Sequence record: OR354826.1
Reading direction: 5' to 3' (one strand)
DNA length: 64,000 bases
DNA from: Staphylococcus phage S-CoN_Ph3
This document shows, one piece after another, positions 39,880 through 50,059 of the stretch; the first letter of the stretch is position 1; each line of letters begins with the position of its first letter. The notes under the pieces were generated by a model, which had not been told where the DNA came from, made no database searches, and worked only from the letters and a program-made list of their open reading frames with translations. A program made the translations under genes and the position numbers.

Positions 39880-39967
39880 ATGGTAGCAACTTTAACGCAT
39901 AAAGAAGCCGTAGAATATGTTAAATCATTAGAAGGAAAATATGTTGACTTTGATGGTTGGTATGGGT
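39880..39967 (+). CDS. endolysin exon 1 (start of CHAP domain)
   Basis: MVATLTHKEAVEYVKSLEGKYVDFDGWYG matches LysK-like CHAP start up to the residues just before the catalytic Cys. Confidence 0.55.
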
Positions 39968-40242
39968 TAATTGGTAGCCCATGTAAAACTTTTTGAATTG
40001 CTGGAAACCCCTAACGTAAAGACGAGGGCAATCAGCAGCGAAGCTCACATGGTAACAGTGTGTGAACGTTCAACGACTATGTACTATCAATTGATAGGCA
40101 GCGGAAAGCACATTTAATATATGTGATGATATAGTCTGGTCTCATATGAAAATATGAGGCTTTCTTTATGAAAGCTATTAAATGTTATGCAATATTATAT
40201 AGAAATATATAATAGGAAAGGTATTTAATAAAACAAAAAACG
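39968..40242 (+). mobile_element. ORF-less group I intron (about 275 nt) in endolysin CHAP domain
   Basis: R-like GTTCAACGACTA (about 40066) and S-like GATATAGTCTGG (about 40127); 5' exon ends in U, intron ends in G; splicing gives WYG-Y-QCFDL. Confidence 0.55.
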
Positions 40243-40761
40243 ACCAATGTTTTGATTTAGCTAACAAATATTGGAATAAATTATTTGGTGGACAATTAAA
40301 AGGTCAAGGCGCAGCTGATATTCCTAATGTTAATGATTTTAGTGGAAAAGCTACTGTTTATCAAAATACAACAAGTTTCTTAGCAAAACCAGGAGATATT
40401 GTTGTATGGGGTAGAAACTTTGGTCAAGGATATGGTCATGTAGCAGTTGTTGTTGAAGCAACATTAGATTATATTGTTGTAATTGAGAATAACTGGTTAG
40501 GTGGTGGATGGACTAGTGGACCAGCACAAGGTGGTACTGGTTGGGAAAAAGCAACTAGACGCCGTCACAATTACGAGTCTCTTATGTGGTTCATCAGACC
40601 AAAATACAAAGACGAGAAAAAAACTGCTAATTATTCTGCTAAAACTAAAACGAAAAAACCAGCTGCTAAAAAGAAAAAAGCTAAAGAAATAAAACACATT
40701 AAAGATACAGTTAACGGTTATAAATTACCAAAACGTAACGGTAAATTAAAAGGTGTCGTGT
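40243..40761 (+). CDS. endolysin exon 2 (CHAP catalytic core plus linker)
   Basis: QCFDLANKYW (catalytic Cys), GQGYGHVAVV (catalytic His), lysine-rich linker. Confidence 0.6.
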
Positions 40762-41716
40762 AAAATGCCTATAAATTAATTGACTTTTTTATTTCTTTAT
40801 GATATAATGACTATATATTTATATATATAGGAGGATATTATATGAAAGAAATTTGGAAAGATGTTCCTAATTATGAAGGAAAATATCAAGTGTCTAATAA
40901 AGGAAGAGTTAAATCAATTAAAAGAACAGTAAAACATAACGGGAGTAAAACTAGGACATTTCCAGAAAAGATTTTAAAACCAAACAAAGTGTCTTTTGAT
41001 TATTTACAGGTCACATTATATAATAATGGTAAAAGAAAATGTAGATATATACACAATTTAGTTATGGAATCTTTTATTGGTAAGAAGCCAAACGGTTATG
41101 AAGTTAACCATATAGACGAAGATAAATCTAATAATCAATTAGAAAATTTAGAATATATAACAAGAAAAGAAAACAATAATTATGGAACTCGAATAGAACG
41201 GATGATTAAATCAAACGTTAATGGTAAAAAGAGTAAAAAAGTCAAAGGGACCCATTTAAAAACAGGAGAAATAGTTATTTTTCCATCAATATCCGAAGCG
41301 CAAAGACAAGGATATGGACCAAAAATATCAGAAGTTTGTAATGGAAAAAGAAACCATTCTGGTGGTTATAAATGGGAATTTATAAAATAGCACTGCATAA
41401 GTAGGAAACTCTTATGTACTAAAAACATAAATTGCTTAGAAGAACCTTAGAGCCTTAATGCCACAATATAGCTGAAAAGACTGTATGAAGGATTAAAAAG
41501 TTTAAGGATTGGTTTGTTTAGCATCGCTACTCCTAAGTTTTTTAGATACGGAGAACGTTCAACGACTAGACGATTGGCTCGTCGTAGGGTTTAAGTAAAC
41601 TCGAAAGAAGAACTACCTAAGTATTTTATATATGGTAGAAAGATATAGTCTGGACACGCCTTGTAATGGGGGTGCTAGGAATCGACCTAGAGTTAGATTA
41701 ACGACCTAATGAAACG
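40762..41716 (+). mobile_element. group I intron carrying an HNH homing endonuclease ORF
   Basis: same R (GAACGTTCAACGACTAGA, about 41553) and S (GATATAGTCTGGA, about 41644) elements as the first lysin intron; intron ends ...AACG; splicing gives KGVV-F-SIHNDAG. Confidence 0.55.
40842..41390 (+). CDS. HNH homing endonuclease (intron-encoded; NUMOD4-like plus HNH_3-like)
   Basis: MKEIWKDVPNYEGKYQVSNKGRVKSI; paralogue of 9191-9757. Confidence 0.7.
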   Translation: MKEIWKDVPNYEGKYQVSNKGRVKSIKRTVKHNGSKTRTFPEKILKPNKVSFDYLQVTLYNNGKRKCRYIHNLVMESFIGKKPNGYEVNHIDEDKSNNQLENLEYITRKENNNYGTRIERMIKSNVNGKKSKKVKGTHLKTGEIVIFPSISEAQRQGYGPKISEVCNGKRNHSGGYKWEFIK

Positions 41717-42564
41717 TCTCGATACACAACGATGCTGGAAGTAAATATGCAACAGCAGAAGCCTATCGTAATGGATTAGTCAATGCTCCATTATCAAGAC
41801 TTGAAGCAGGTATAGCACATGCTTACGGTTCTGGTAATACAATTTGGCAAGCATTAGACAAATCACAGGTAGGTTGGCATACAGCAAATCCTGTTGGTAA
41901 TAACGGTTATTATGGTTATGAAGTTTGTCAGTCTATGGGTGCAGATGATAAAACATTCTTAGCGAATGAGCAGTTAATATTCCAAGATGCTGCTAGACTT
42001 TTAAAAGAAGAAGGATTACCAGCAAATAGAAACACTGTTCGTCTACATTGTGAATTTGTTCGTACTTCATGTCCACATAGAAGTGCTAAGTTACACACAG
42101 GATTTGACCCTGTCACTCAAGGTTTATTACCTAAAGACAAACAACTAAAATTAAAAGATTATTTTATCAAACAAATCAGACAATATATGGACGGTAAAAT
42201 ACCTACTGCAACAGTTGTTAAAAGTTCAAGTGCTTCTAGCAACACTGTTAAACCAGTAGCATCTGGTTGGAAACGTAATAATTATGGTACTTATTACAAA
42301 TCAGAAAATGCAACTTATAGCAATGGCAACACACCAATTATCACACGTACAGTAGGACCATTTAGAAGTTGTGCTCAGGCAGGATTATTACCAGCCGGAG
42401 CATCTATTATATATGATACAGTTTGTCTACAAGACTATCATGTTTGGGTAAGTTATGTAACTAACAAAGGTTACAGAGTATGGCTACCTATTAGAACATG
42501 GAATGGTGTAGCTCCTGGAAACGCAGGATATGCTGTAGGACCATTATGGGGATATATCAGCTAA
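41717..42564 (+). CDS. endolysin exon 3 (amidase_2 plus SH3b cell-wall binding domains)
   Basis: IHNDAGS...[10 protein letters not shown]...[20 protein letters not shown]...SH3b-like C-terminus; collinear with LysK. Confidence 0.65.
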
Positions 42565-42698
42565 AATAAAAGACAGGTTTTATTCTGTATAAAAGTCGTC
42601 AACCATGCGCTTTATAAGCGTTTTGCTAGGCGCACCTAAATTTTTTACCCTCTACTTTTTATGTAGGGGGTGTTTACATATTAATGGAGGTTATTATA

Positions 42699-43679
42699 AT
42701 GGAAAGAAACAATATTTATAGTGAAGAAATATATAAAAAAGTAAATGATGAATCAAAAGAGCTTTTAAATGATTATATATTAGAGTTAAAGGTTCGTAAT
42801 CGAGCAGAAAAGACAATTACACAATATGAATTTGATTGTAAAATGTTTATGTGTTATGTTTATGATAACATGAACAACAAATCATTACTTGATTTAAAAC
42901 GCCGAGATTTTAGGAATTTCTTTTTATTCTTAAAAGAGAGTGGAAAATCAGCAGCAAGAATCAACCGTGTTCAATCTTCAATAAGAAATCTCTTACAGTT
43001 TGCCGAAGACGACGAAGAAATATACGAAGATTATGAAGTTAATCCTATGAGAAAAATTAAATCAGTTGAGAAAGAACCTGTTAGAGAGATTGTGTTCTTA
43101 ACAGATGAACAAGTTACTTATTTAATTAATTATTTATTAGAGAAAGGTAAAACACAAAAAGCATTGTTTGTTAGTTTTGCTTATGATAGCGTAGCTCGTA
43201 GAAATGAAATATCACAAGTTCAAAAATATAGTTTCCAAGACACAACTAAATCAAGCACTAACGAAGTTGTGGGTAAACGTGGAAAGAAATTTAAGTTAAT
43301 GTATTCTCAGCGTACTAAAGACCTTGCTAAAGAATGGCTGTCTGAACGTGGAGAAGATGATGTTGATAGCTTGTGGATAAGTTACTATAATGGTAAACCA
43401 CGTGCTATTGTATATGACACATTTTATTCTTGGGCTATATCATTTAGAAGTATATTAGAAGAAAAATACGATGTAGATTTACCATTAAATGCTCACTCGT
43501 TCCGTCATAGTGGAGCTGAGAATTATGAAAATGGTACACATAGCTCATTACAATTTATGGGTAAAGATAGCTTAAACATAAACGAACTAAAAATATTAAT
43601 GAATCATGAAAGTATTGATATTACTAATAGTTATTTAAGAAATAAAGACCAAGAAATATTGGAAAATTTATTCTCATAA
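42699..43679 (+). CDS. tyrosine recombinase / integrase (XerD-like)
   Basis: N-terminal SAM-like domain; catalytic R (VARRNEI), HxxR (HSFRHS), H (MNHES), Y (NSYL); GGAGGT RBS before ATG 42699. Confidence 0.6.
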   Translation: MERNNIYSEEIYKKVNDESKELLNDYILELKVRNRAEKTITQYEFDCKMFMCYVYDNMNNKSLLDLKRRDFRNFFLFLKESGKSAARINRVQSSIRNLLQFAEDDEEIYEDYEVNPMRKIKSVEKEPVREIVFLTDEQVTYLINYLLEKGKTQKALFVSFAYDSVARRNEISQVQKYSFQDTTKSSTNEVVGKRGKKFKLMYSQRTKDLAKEWLSERGEDDVDSLWISYYNGKPRAIVYDTFYSWAISFRSILEEKYDVDLPLNAHSFRHSGAENYENGTHSSLQFMGKDSLNINELKILMNHESIDITNSYLRNKDQEILENLFS

Positions 43680-43715
43680 AAAACAAGACTACTGTAACAG
43701 TAGTCTTTATACATA

Positions 43716-44036
43716 TTATTCTAGTTCTAAATAGGAGCCTATTATTTTAATATCTTTTGAATCGAAGTTAGCTAGACTTTCAACAATATTAGCATTCAAT
43801 CCTCTAATATTAGCTACACCATCTATAATTTCATCAACGTAAAACATAAGACCATCAATTTCTAACATATCAAATGTAAATATGTTATTATTATTCTTGT
43901 CCACTTTTCCTACTGTTACACATGTAGTACAATGAATATTGTGATGTAGTCTACCAAAATTCCATTTATCATCATCAATAAGTTCTGCATTGTGATACAT
44001 TATTTTATTAGCATTATCCCAAATTTTAAATTCCAT
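43716..44036 (-). CDS. hypothetical protein (106 aa)
   Basis: ORF. Confidence 0.45.
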   Translation of the reverse strand: MEFKIWDNANKIMYHNAELIDDDKWNFGRLHHNIHCTTCVTVGKVDKNNNNIFTFDMLEIDGLMFYVDEIIDGVANIRGLNANIVESLANFDSKDIKIIGSYLELE

Positions 44037-44267
44037 TCATTCATCAACCTTTTCTAATTTTACTTTAGATAATACAGAATAATCTACTTCTCCTAGTTCA
44101 ACTAAATCTAATAACATTTCGTCATAAGATACATTGTTCATTATATATGAATACCTTTTAGCAATAACTTTTCTTAGTTGTTGAATAAATGTGTTAAATG
44201 ACACTCTTCTATTTATTTGGTGGTGCAATTGAGCAAACCACTCTTTACTAGTTATTTGTTGCTCCAT
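44037..44267 (-). CDS. hypothetical protein (76 aa)
   Basis: ORF. Confidence 0.45.
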   Translation of the reverse strand: MEQQITSKEWFAQLHHQINRRVSFNTFIQQLRKVIAKRYSYIMNNVSYDEMLLDLVELGEVDYSVLSKVKLEKVDE

Positions 44268-44551
44268 ACATCCTCCTTAAGTGAATAGTAGTCTTCTGAT
44301 ATATTGTTTAAAATATATTCTTTGACTAAATTATATTTTAAATTTTGATAACTATACCATCTTTCCAACATATCATAAGGGAAATAAATATAGTGTTTTT
44401 GTTTTGTTATCATATTGGTAATTTCAGCTTCTACCATATCTGGTAAATTATTATCTATTTCAGTCACTTTAAAATACTCAAAAGTCATTCTCTTTAGAAT
44501 ATTAGTGATTCTCTCTTTTATCATTAATAAATTCCTCCGGATAACTTGCAA
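44252..44551 (-). CDS. hypothetical protein (99 aa)
   Basis: ORF. Confidence 0.45.
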   Translation of the reverse strand: MQVIRRNLLMIKERITNILKRMTFEYFKVTEIDNNLPDMVEAEITNMITKQKHYIYFPYDMLERWYSYQNLKYNLVKEYILNNISEDYYSLKEDVWSNK

Positions 44552-45023
44552 TTGTTTTTACTGATGTTTCATATGGCGCTTTTAATGATAATGTTACTTG
44601 CGCTCCTAAAAATTCCTTGTTTAAACTAGTGTAATGAGATTTAACATTCACATTTAATACTTTATATCGTGGATAATTTTTAACAAACTCATTTAATCTA
44701 TCGTTTAATTCTAAAATATCATTTCCATATACTTCATCAATAATTATTTTTTCCATTGTTTTTTCCTCCTGTAAATTAACATCAATCTTAGTTGCCATAT
44801 CTAATTTAATAAACATGCTTTGTAGTTCGAATTTAATTTTCTTTCCAATTATTTTGTTTTTTACTCCTTTTAATTTTCCTATTAAGGATATAGTTTCAAA
44901 AATCATATAACAAATATCATTATAATCAGAAAGATATATGGCTTTTCTATTTTTATTATAGCATCTATTAAACTCAAAGTCAATTTGTCTTTTTGATTGT
45001 TTGATTTCTTTTAATAGCTCCAT
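44502..45023 (-). CDS. hypothetical protein (173 aa)
   Basis: ORF. Confidence 0.45.
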   Translation of the reverse strand: MELLKEIKQSKRQIDFEFNRCYNKNRKAIYLSDYNDICYMIFETISLIGKLKGVKNKIIGKKIKFELQSMFIKLDMATKIDVNLQEEKTMEKIIIDEVYGNDILELNDRLNEFVKNYPRYKVLNVNVKSHYTSLNKEFLGAQVTLSLKAPYETSVKTIASYPEEFINDKRENH

Positions 45024-45560
45024 CTATCGTTCTCCTTTTATCTCATTACACATATATTGTAACATATCTTGACTGTCTGCGTCAAGTACAATATCAGCAA
45101 AATATGGAGCCGAAACAAATAAATCTCTGTCAACTGATAATCTTCTATTTACTTCATCAATAGAATCTCCACGTTCTTTTGCTCTCTGTCTGATTAAATC
45201 TTCAGAAGCATTTATATAAACGGAGGTTACTAAACTCCCAAACTCATCTTTAATAGCTCTAAGACCTTGTGGGTCAGTTATAACTATCTTTTCTTGTATT
45301 GGGATTAAATCTTCTTTTTTCATTGCATAAATAAATGGCTCTTCTCTATATTTAGTATAAAAATATCTATGTCCAAAATATTGTGGCTTTTCTAGTTCTT
45401 CTGTTGAAACAAAATGATAATCTTTGCCATTAATTTCTCCATCTCTCATAGGTCTGTTAGTATATGTTGTTACTTGCTCAATTCCTGTAGATGTTACCAA
45501 ATCTTTTACTAAAGTTGTTTTCCCACTAAGTGTTTGTCCAACTATTGCATATATTTTCAT
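45024..45560 (-). CDS. guanylate kinase-like nucleoside monophosphate kinase
   Basis: P-loop GQTLSGKTT and GMP-kinase signature TTYTNRPMRDGEINGKDYHFVSTEE. Confidence 0.55.
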   Translation of the reverse strand: MKIYAIVGQTLSGKTTLVKDLVTSTGIEQVTTYTNRPMRDGEINGKDYHFVSTEELEKPQYFGHRYFYTKYREEPFIYAMKKEDLIPIQEKIVITDPQGLRAIKDEFGSLVTSVYINASEDLIRQRAKERGDSIDEVNRRLSVDRDLFVSAPYFADIVLDADSQDMLQYMCNEIKGER

Positions 45561-45583
45561 AAATAACTTCCTCCTTTGATTAT

Positions 45584-45613
45584 ATTATATAATAAAAAGA
45601 AAAGTCCTGTCAA
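45584..45613 (-). promoter_or_regulatory. sigma-A type promoter TTGACA-N18-TATAAT (minus strand)
   Basis: -35 in loop of hairpin AGTCC/GGACT 45603-45618. Confidence 0.55.
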
Positions 45614-45616
45614 GGA

Positions 45617-47917
45617 CTAATCTTGTGTTTCTTTGTAATAATCATTTCTTAAAGTGATAATATCTTTTTTTAAATACTCTTTATCTTGTTGTTTTGCCCA
45701 ATAATAGAAGTTTGTAAGAGTTTTATCTTTTTGGAAAATTGCTTGAATAGGTCTTCTCTGTAGATTCCCTTTTGATAGTGATTCCACTAAGCTACGCATA
45801 TATTTCCAGTTGTTGTAATATGGTGTTTTATACTTTAACATAAATCCGTTAGAATCCTCAAACACAAATCCCTCTATTGCAATAGAATTATCCTTTTCTA
45901 AATCTTGATAGAAAGTGAACAAGTCATTCCAATTAGAGAATGAGTAAATAGGTATTGAGATATTTCTATCAATATTAATAATCTCTACTGCAAGGAAGGT
46001 TAAGGCATCATTAGATAATTTATTAAATTTAAGAGTATTATCAACTGTATCTAATAATACTACATTTCGTTTATCTCCATCATAAATAATATGTGGGTCA
46101 TTAATATTATCTATTACTTCAAATAGTAATGTTCTATTTGTATCTTTTAAATATTTTTTTGCGTTTTCGATTTGTTCATTGCTCCATGTTTCTTCAACAA
46201 TATCTTTAAATAATAGAGCAAAATCATTGTCATATTGTGACAAATGAGTTTTTGACTTACTAGCATAAATTAATTCATCACGGTTATTATCATAGAACAT
46301 TAACCCTAGAAATCCATTATATTTTAATGACGCAGTAACTGGAAATTTTAAGGTATCTGGTAGATTTTCTAGTTTTGTTTCTGGTCTTTCATTGATATTG
46401 AAAAATTTATTATAACCTCTGCCAACAATTTCATTTGTGCTTTCATCAATAAATAATCCTCTTGCTGTTACTGATAATTGATTCCAATGTTTTCTTTTAA
46501 ATGCTTTTTTAGTGAAGTTCACAGATACTACATTATCATATTGTGGGATTACTTTAATATATTTATCTTCTTTTGCAAGTCTTAAATATTCTTCAACTGT
46601 TAAATTGGTGTCAATATCTTTTGTATAATCATTATTTAATAGAAATTTGGAATTAAATATTTCATTTTTAATTTCGTGTGGTGTTAAAGTATTATCACTA
46701 TTAATTGTAACAGCTCTTAAGGAACCACCTTTTTCAACTCTGCCTTCTAAATTGATAGATTGTTTTGTTACATTTAATGGTTCTCTATAAAGATTTCTGT
46801 GTCCATGAATTTGTATAGTGTCTGAATTTTCCCATTGTTCATCAATTTGATATTCATATCCACCTACGCCATTAATAATTTGATGTGTAGATACTAAATT
46901 AATATCATCTAACATATTAGGCAAAATACCACCATGATTAATCATATAGTATTGACCTTTGTAATTAAAGTATAACATTTGTTGTAAACTATGAACGATA
47001 CGTCTTACTCTTTTTTGACTAACACCATAATTCAAAAATTCTTTAAGAGTAGGAACAAACCCTCTAGCATGAAACAATTCTATTGCAGTATCAAAAAATG
47101 TTTCATTTGTAGTATTTGAATCGTCTAATGTGTTATTTAATTTTAGATATTTATCTTCATCTAAAAAAGCGTATCTTCTTAAATGTTTTTCATGATTACC
47201 TTCCAACAATACTACATTAGGTTGTTTGTAAATTAGTTCTAAATAGTCAAACATCTCTTTGGTTTCTAAACCTCTATCAAAGTAATCTCCAACAAAAATA
47301 AATAGTTCATTTGGATTATCAATAATTTTTTGGTAACTTGCAAATTGATTAATTGCTGTAAAGCATGAGTGAATATCTCCAATAACATGTATTTTATCAT
47401 AATTGTCGGTATCAAGGAAGTCTTTATCCCATTTAATCTCATTCATTAATTTATTTGGTTTAATTTCTGTAGCATAACTAGGGATATGTTCATGCTGTAA
47501 TCTTTCATAAATATTATAAATTACTTCTTCTGGAACTTTCTTTAACTCTTCTCTTTGGTTATTGCGTTCAATTAATGTGTCTAAATCTTGTTCAACAGTT
47601 ACTACATAAGTACGATAACGATATTTACGTGCTAATGTTTCATATTTTTTAATTAATTTTCCTGTAGAATGTGTAGCGTCAATAACAGTAAAATCCCCAT
47701 TAATCATCCTTTCTTCAAGAATTTCCATTAGATTATCCCAAACTTGATTATCGTGTTTTTGTGAGATAACTCTCATTCCTTGTTCATTATACACAGGGCT
47801 TGTGTGCATTTGTCTAAGTTCATCTGGAGATATTGTGTATGGCTCTAAACCATTCTCCTTAATAAAAGTAGACTTACCAGCCCCTGGTACGCCTCTCATT
47901 AATACTAATTGTTTCAT
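45617..47917 (-). CDS. Pnkp-like RNA repair enzyme: P-loop polynucleotide kinase, calcineurin-type phosphatase and ligase-like nucleotidyltransferase in one protein
   Basis: Walker A GVPGAGKST; phosphoesterase motifs GDIHSC, GDYFDRG, GNHE; C-terminal KxNG-type motif I (SLKYNGFLG); RBS AGGAGA before ATG 47917. Confidence 0.55.
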   Translation of the reverse strand: MKQLVLMRGVPGAGKSTFIKENGLEPYTISPDELRQMHTSPVYNEQGMRVISQKHDNQVWDNLMEILEERMINGDFTVIDATHSTGKLIKKYETLARKYRYRTYVVTVEQDLDTLIERNNQREELKKVPEEVIYNIYERLQHEHIPSYATEIKPNKLMNEIKWDKDFLDTDNYDKIHVIGDIHSCFTAINQFASYQKIIDNPNELFIFVGDYFDRGLETKEMFDYLELIYKQPNVVLLEGNHEKHLRRYAFLDEDKYLKLNNTLDDSNTTNETFFDTAIELFHARGFVPTLKEFLNYGVSQKRVRRIVHSLQQMLYFNYKGQYYMINHGGILPNMLDDINLVSTHQIINGVGGYEYQIDEQWENSDTIQIHGHRNLYREPLNVTKQSINLEGRVEKGGSLRAVTINSDNTLTPHEIKNEIFNSKFLLNNDYTKDIDTNLTVEEYLRLAKEDKYIKVIPQYDNVVSVNFTKKAFKRKHWNQLSVTARGLFIDESTNEIVGRGYNKFFNINERPETKLENLPDTLKFPVTASLKYNGFLGLMFYDNNRDELIYASKSKTHLSQYDNDFALLFKDIVEETWSNEQIENAKKYLKDTNRTLLFEVIDNINDPHIIYDGDKRNVVLLDTVDNTLKFNKLSNDALTFLAVEIINIDRNISIPIYSFSNWNDLFTFYQDLEKDNSIAIEGFVFEDSNGFMLKYKTPYYNNWKYMRSLVESLSKGNLQRRPIQAIFQKDKTLTNFYYWAKQQDKEYLKKDIITLRNDYYKETQD

Positions 47918-47930
47918 AATAATTTCTCCT

Positions 47931-48236
47931 TTATTTTTTAATGTATACATCATATTTAGTATCTAATTCTCTATAACCTGTTAGGAAATAGAGTTTACTT
48001 TTCTTTGATACTGTATATATTGTTTTCTTTACATAACTTTTATTACTCTCATGTACTTTCACATCAACAGAAGATACTGCTGCTGTCTCATTAAATTGTT
48101 CTGCTGAAATTACTGATACATTTTTATCTTTTAAAGCTACTTCTTTAGGTAAAATAATAGTTACTCCTATTAGTAAAATACCTATAAATCCTAAAAATTC
48201 AAAACTTTTTTTCTCTTTTTTATCCCTACGTACCAT
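47931..48236 (-). CDS. membrane-anchored hypothetical protein (101 aa)
   Basis: TM helix. Confidence 0.45.
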   Translation of the reverse strand: MVRRDKKEKKSFEFLGFIGILLIGVTIILPKEVALKDKNVSVISAEQFNETAAVSSVDVKVHESNKSYVKKTIYTVSKKSKLYFLTGYRELDTKYDVYIKK

Positions 48237-48276
48237 GATACCACTGTTAAAACTAAAATAATAAAATTAAAAACCA

Positions 48277-48573
48277 TTAATTTTCTCCTTGTTTAAAATA
48301 TTCATTAGATAGAAATGCTAATTTTTTTATTTCTTTTCTATTGGTTAAACTTAAATGTTTCTTTTTGTTACCTTTTATAATGTCTATTTCATATAACCAA
48401 CCATCAAAATACGGTTTACTCAAATATTTCATTATTTCTCTTTCTAAATATATAGGATAATCCGCTTTAATGTATATACATTTTGAACTAGGTAAGTACA
48501 TTGAATATCTAAGTTGTTGTTTAGTCTTTTTTTCTGGTATATCATTAAACCAGTTTACAATATGATGCCACAT
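48277..48573 (-). CDS. hypothetical protein (98 aa)
   Basis: ORF. Confidence 0.45.
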   Translation of the reverse strand: MWHHIVNWFNDIPEKKTKQQLRYSMYLPSSKCIYIKADYPIYLEREIMKYLSKPYFDGWLYEIDIIKGNKKKHLSLTNRKEIKKLAFLSNEYFKQGEN

Positions 48574-48590
48574 TTATTATTTACACTCCT

Positions 48591-48791
48591 TTAAATTATT
48601 CTATTAGCTTTCTCTAATGCTATCAACAATTCAGTCATTACATCTCTTTTTTCAGAATTAGAGACTGGTAAATCAAGGTATTCCTTAATAATTTTATGTG
48701 CTTGGACATAACTTAGGTCATCAATACTTTCTGATTTACTTACTACTTTGTTTGCTTCATCATGTAAATTTTTAATTTGTTTATTATTCAT
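48591..48791 (-). CDS. hypothetical protein (66 aa)
   Basis: ORF. Confidence 0.4.
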   Translation of the reverse strand: MNNKQIKNLHDEANKVVSKSESIDDLSYVQAHKIIKEYLDLPVSNSEKRDVMTELLIALEKANRII

Positions 48792-48868
48792 AATAAATTC
48801 TCCTTTATCCTTTTGTTATATTATACTTTACGTTATACCTGTATATTTGTCAAGGTTTTTATCGTTGT

Positions 48869-49264
48869 TTATTTTAGATTGTCTATTGTTTCTTTAATTA
48901 AATAACCTTCTGGATTTGTTATTTCTTGAATACTCATAGGTACTCCTAGAATTACAGCACCTAGTAAAAGAAGAGTAAGAAAACCACTAACAATAAGAGC
49001 TATATAACCCAAATAAGTAGGGTCTACGTTTGAATTATAATCTTTTTCAAATAACATTGAAACATTACATTTAACACATTTTTTATAAGATTTATATAAA
49101 ACAATCCATGATATAATTGTAACAATTAAAATTGCTATAATAGATATTAAATCAAAAATCCCTTGCATAACGGTGTGTTTAATTAAACTTTCATATCCAT
49201 GTGAACCAACTTTTTCTAACTTTTCCCCTAATTGATTAAAACTTTCTAATGTTTCTTTATTCAA
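48869..49264 (-). CDS. membrane protein (131 aa, 2 TM)
   Basis: ORF. Confidence 0.45.
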   Translation of the reverse strand: MNKETLESFNQLGEKLEKVGSHGYESLIKHTVMQGIFDLISIIAILIVTIISWIVLYKSYKKCVKCNVSMLFEKDYNSNVDPTYLGYIALIVSGFLTLLLLGAVILGVPMSIQEITNPEGYLIKETIDNLK

Positions 49265-49274
49265 AATAATTACC

Positions 49275-49775
49275 TCACTTTTTTATTATGCTAATATCTA
49301 AAAAATCATTATCTCTTATTTTATGGTTCTCAATATTAATATTTTTATTATTTTCAAGACTAATTTTATCTCCTGATTCTATGTTTTTACTGTGTCTAGA
49401 ATTAATAACATACAATTCATTTTTAGTATCTTTAAAGTATATTTTTTGCTCTATTGCATCTCTATCATCTACTTTTGGTTTAAAGTTTTCTACTTCTGTT
49501 ACTTTAGTATAGCCTTTTGTTTCATAAATTTTATCTTTGACAAGTAAATAATTCATTGTTAAACCAAAGATAGTAACACCAAATACTAATGGAGGTACAA
49601 CTATAGAATGAAGTATAAAAGATGAAGATAATTTTATTTTTTCTACACTTAAAAAGAATATTGAAAAAACAAGAACAGCAAATATAGATACAGTAATACC
49701 TGTTACAATAAGGTCAGCATTAAAGCTTTCTTTTAAAAACTCAAAATAACCTATATCTACTTTATTTATACTCAT
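49275..49775 (-). CDS. membrane protein (166 aa)
   Basis: ORF. Confidence 0.45.
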   Translation of the reverse strand: MSINKVDIGYFEFLKESFNADLIVTGITVSIFAVLVFSIFFLSVEKIKLSSSFILHSIVVPPLVFGVTIFGLTMNYLLVKDKIYETKGYTKVTEVENFKPKVDDRDAIEQKIYFKDTKNELYVINSRHSKNIESGDKISLENNKNINIENHKIRDNDFLDISIIKK

Positions 49776-49776
49776 A

Positions 49777-50034
49777 TTAAACCCCCTTTATACTTTTTAG
49801 TAACTCATTATACTCATAAGCATTCCCTTTAACTTTTGAATGTTCTAATAACGATACAATAGAATTTGAACTAGACTCACTTTCAAAGTCTTCTGTTGAA
49901 ACATCTGTATGCTTAATTCTAAAATCAGATAAGTAGATACGCTCTTTTCCACCTACTAAATCAGCATTAACTACAGCACAATAATCAATGAATTCTTTGT
50001 TTATTGTATTCCAAACTATATATTTAAAAGTCAT
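49777..50034 (-). CDS. hypothetical protein (85 aa)
   Basis: ORF. Confidence 0.45.
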   Translation of the reverse strand: MTFKYIVWNTINKEFIDYCAVVNADLVGGKERIYLSDFRIKHTDVSTEDFESESSSNSIVSLLEHSKVKGNAYEYNELLKSIKGV

Positions 50035-50059
50035 TTATATTTAACTCCTTTTTTAATTA

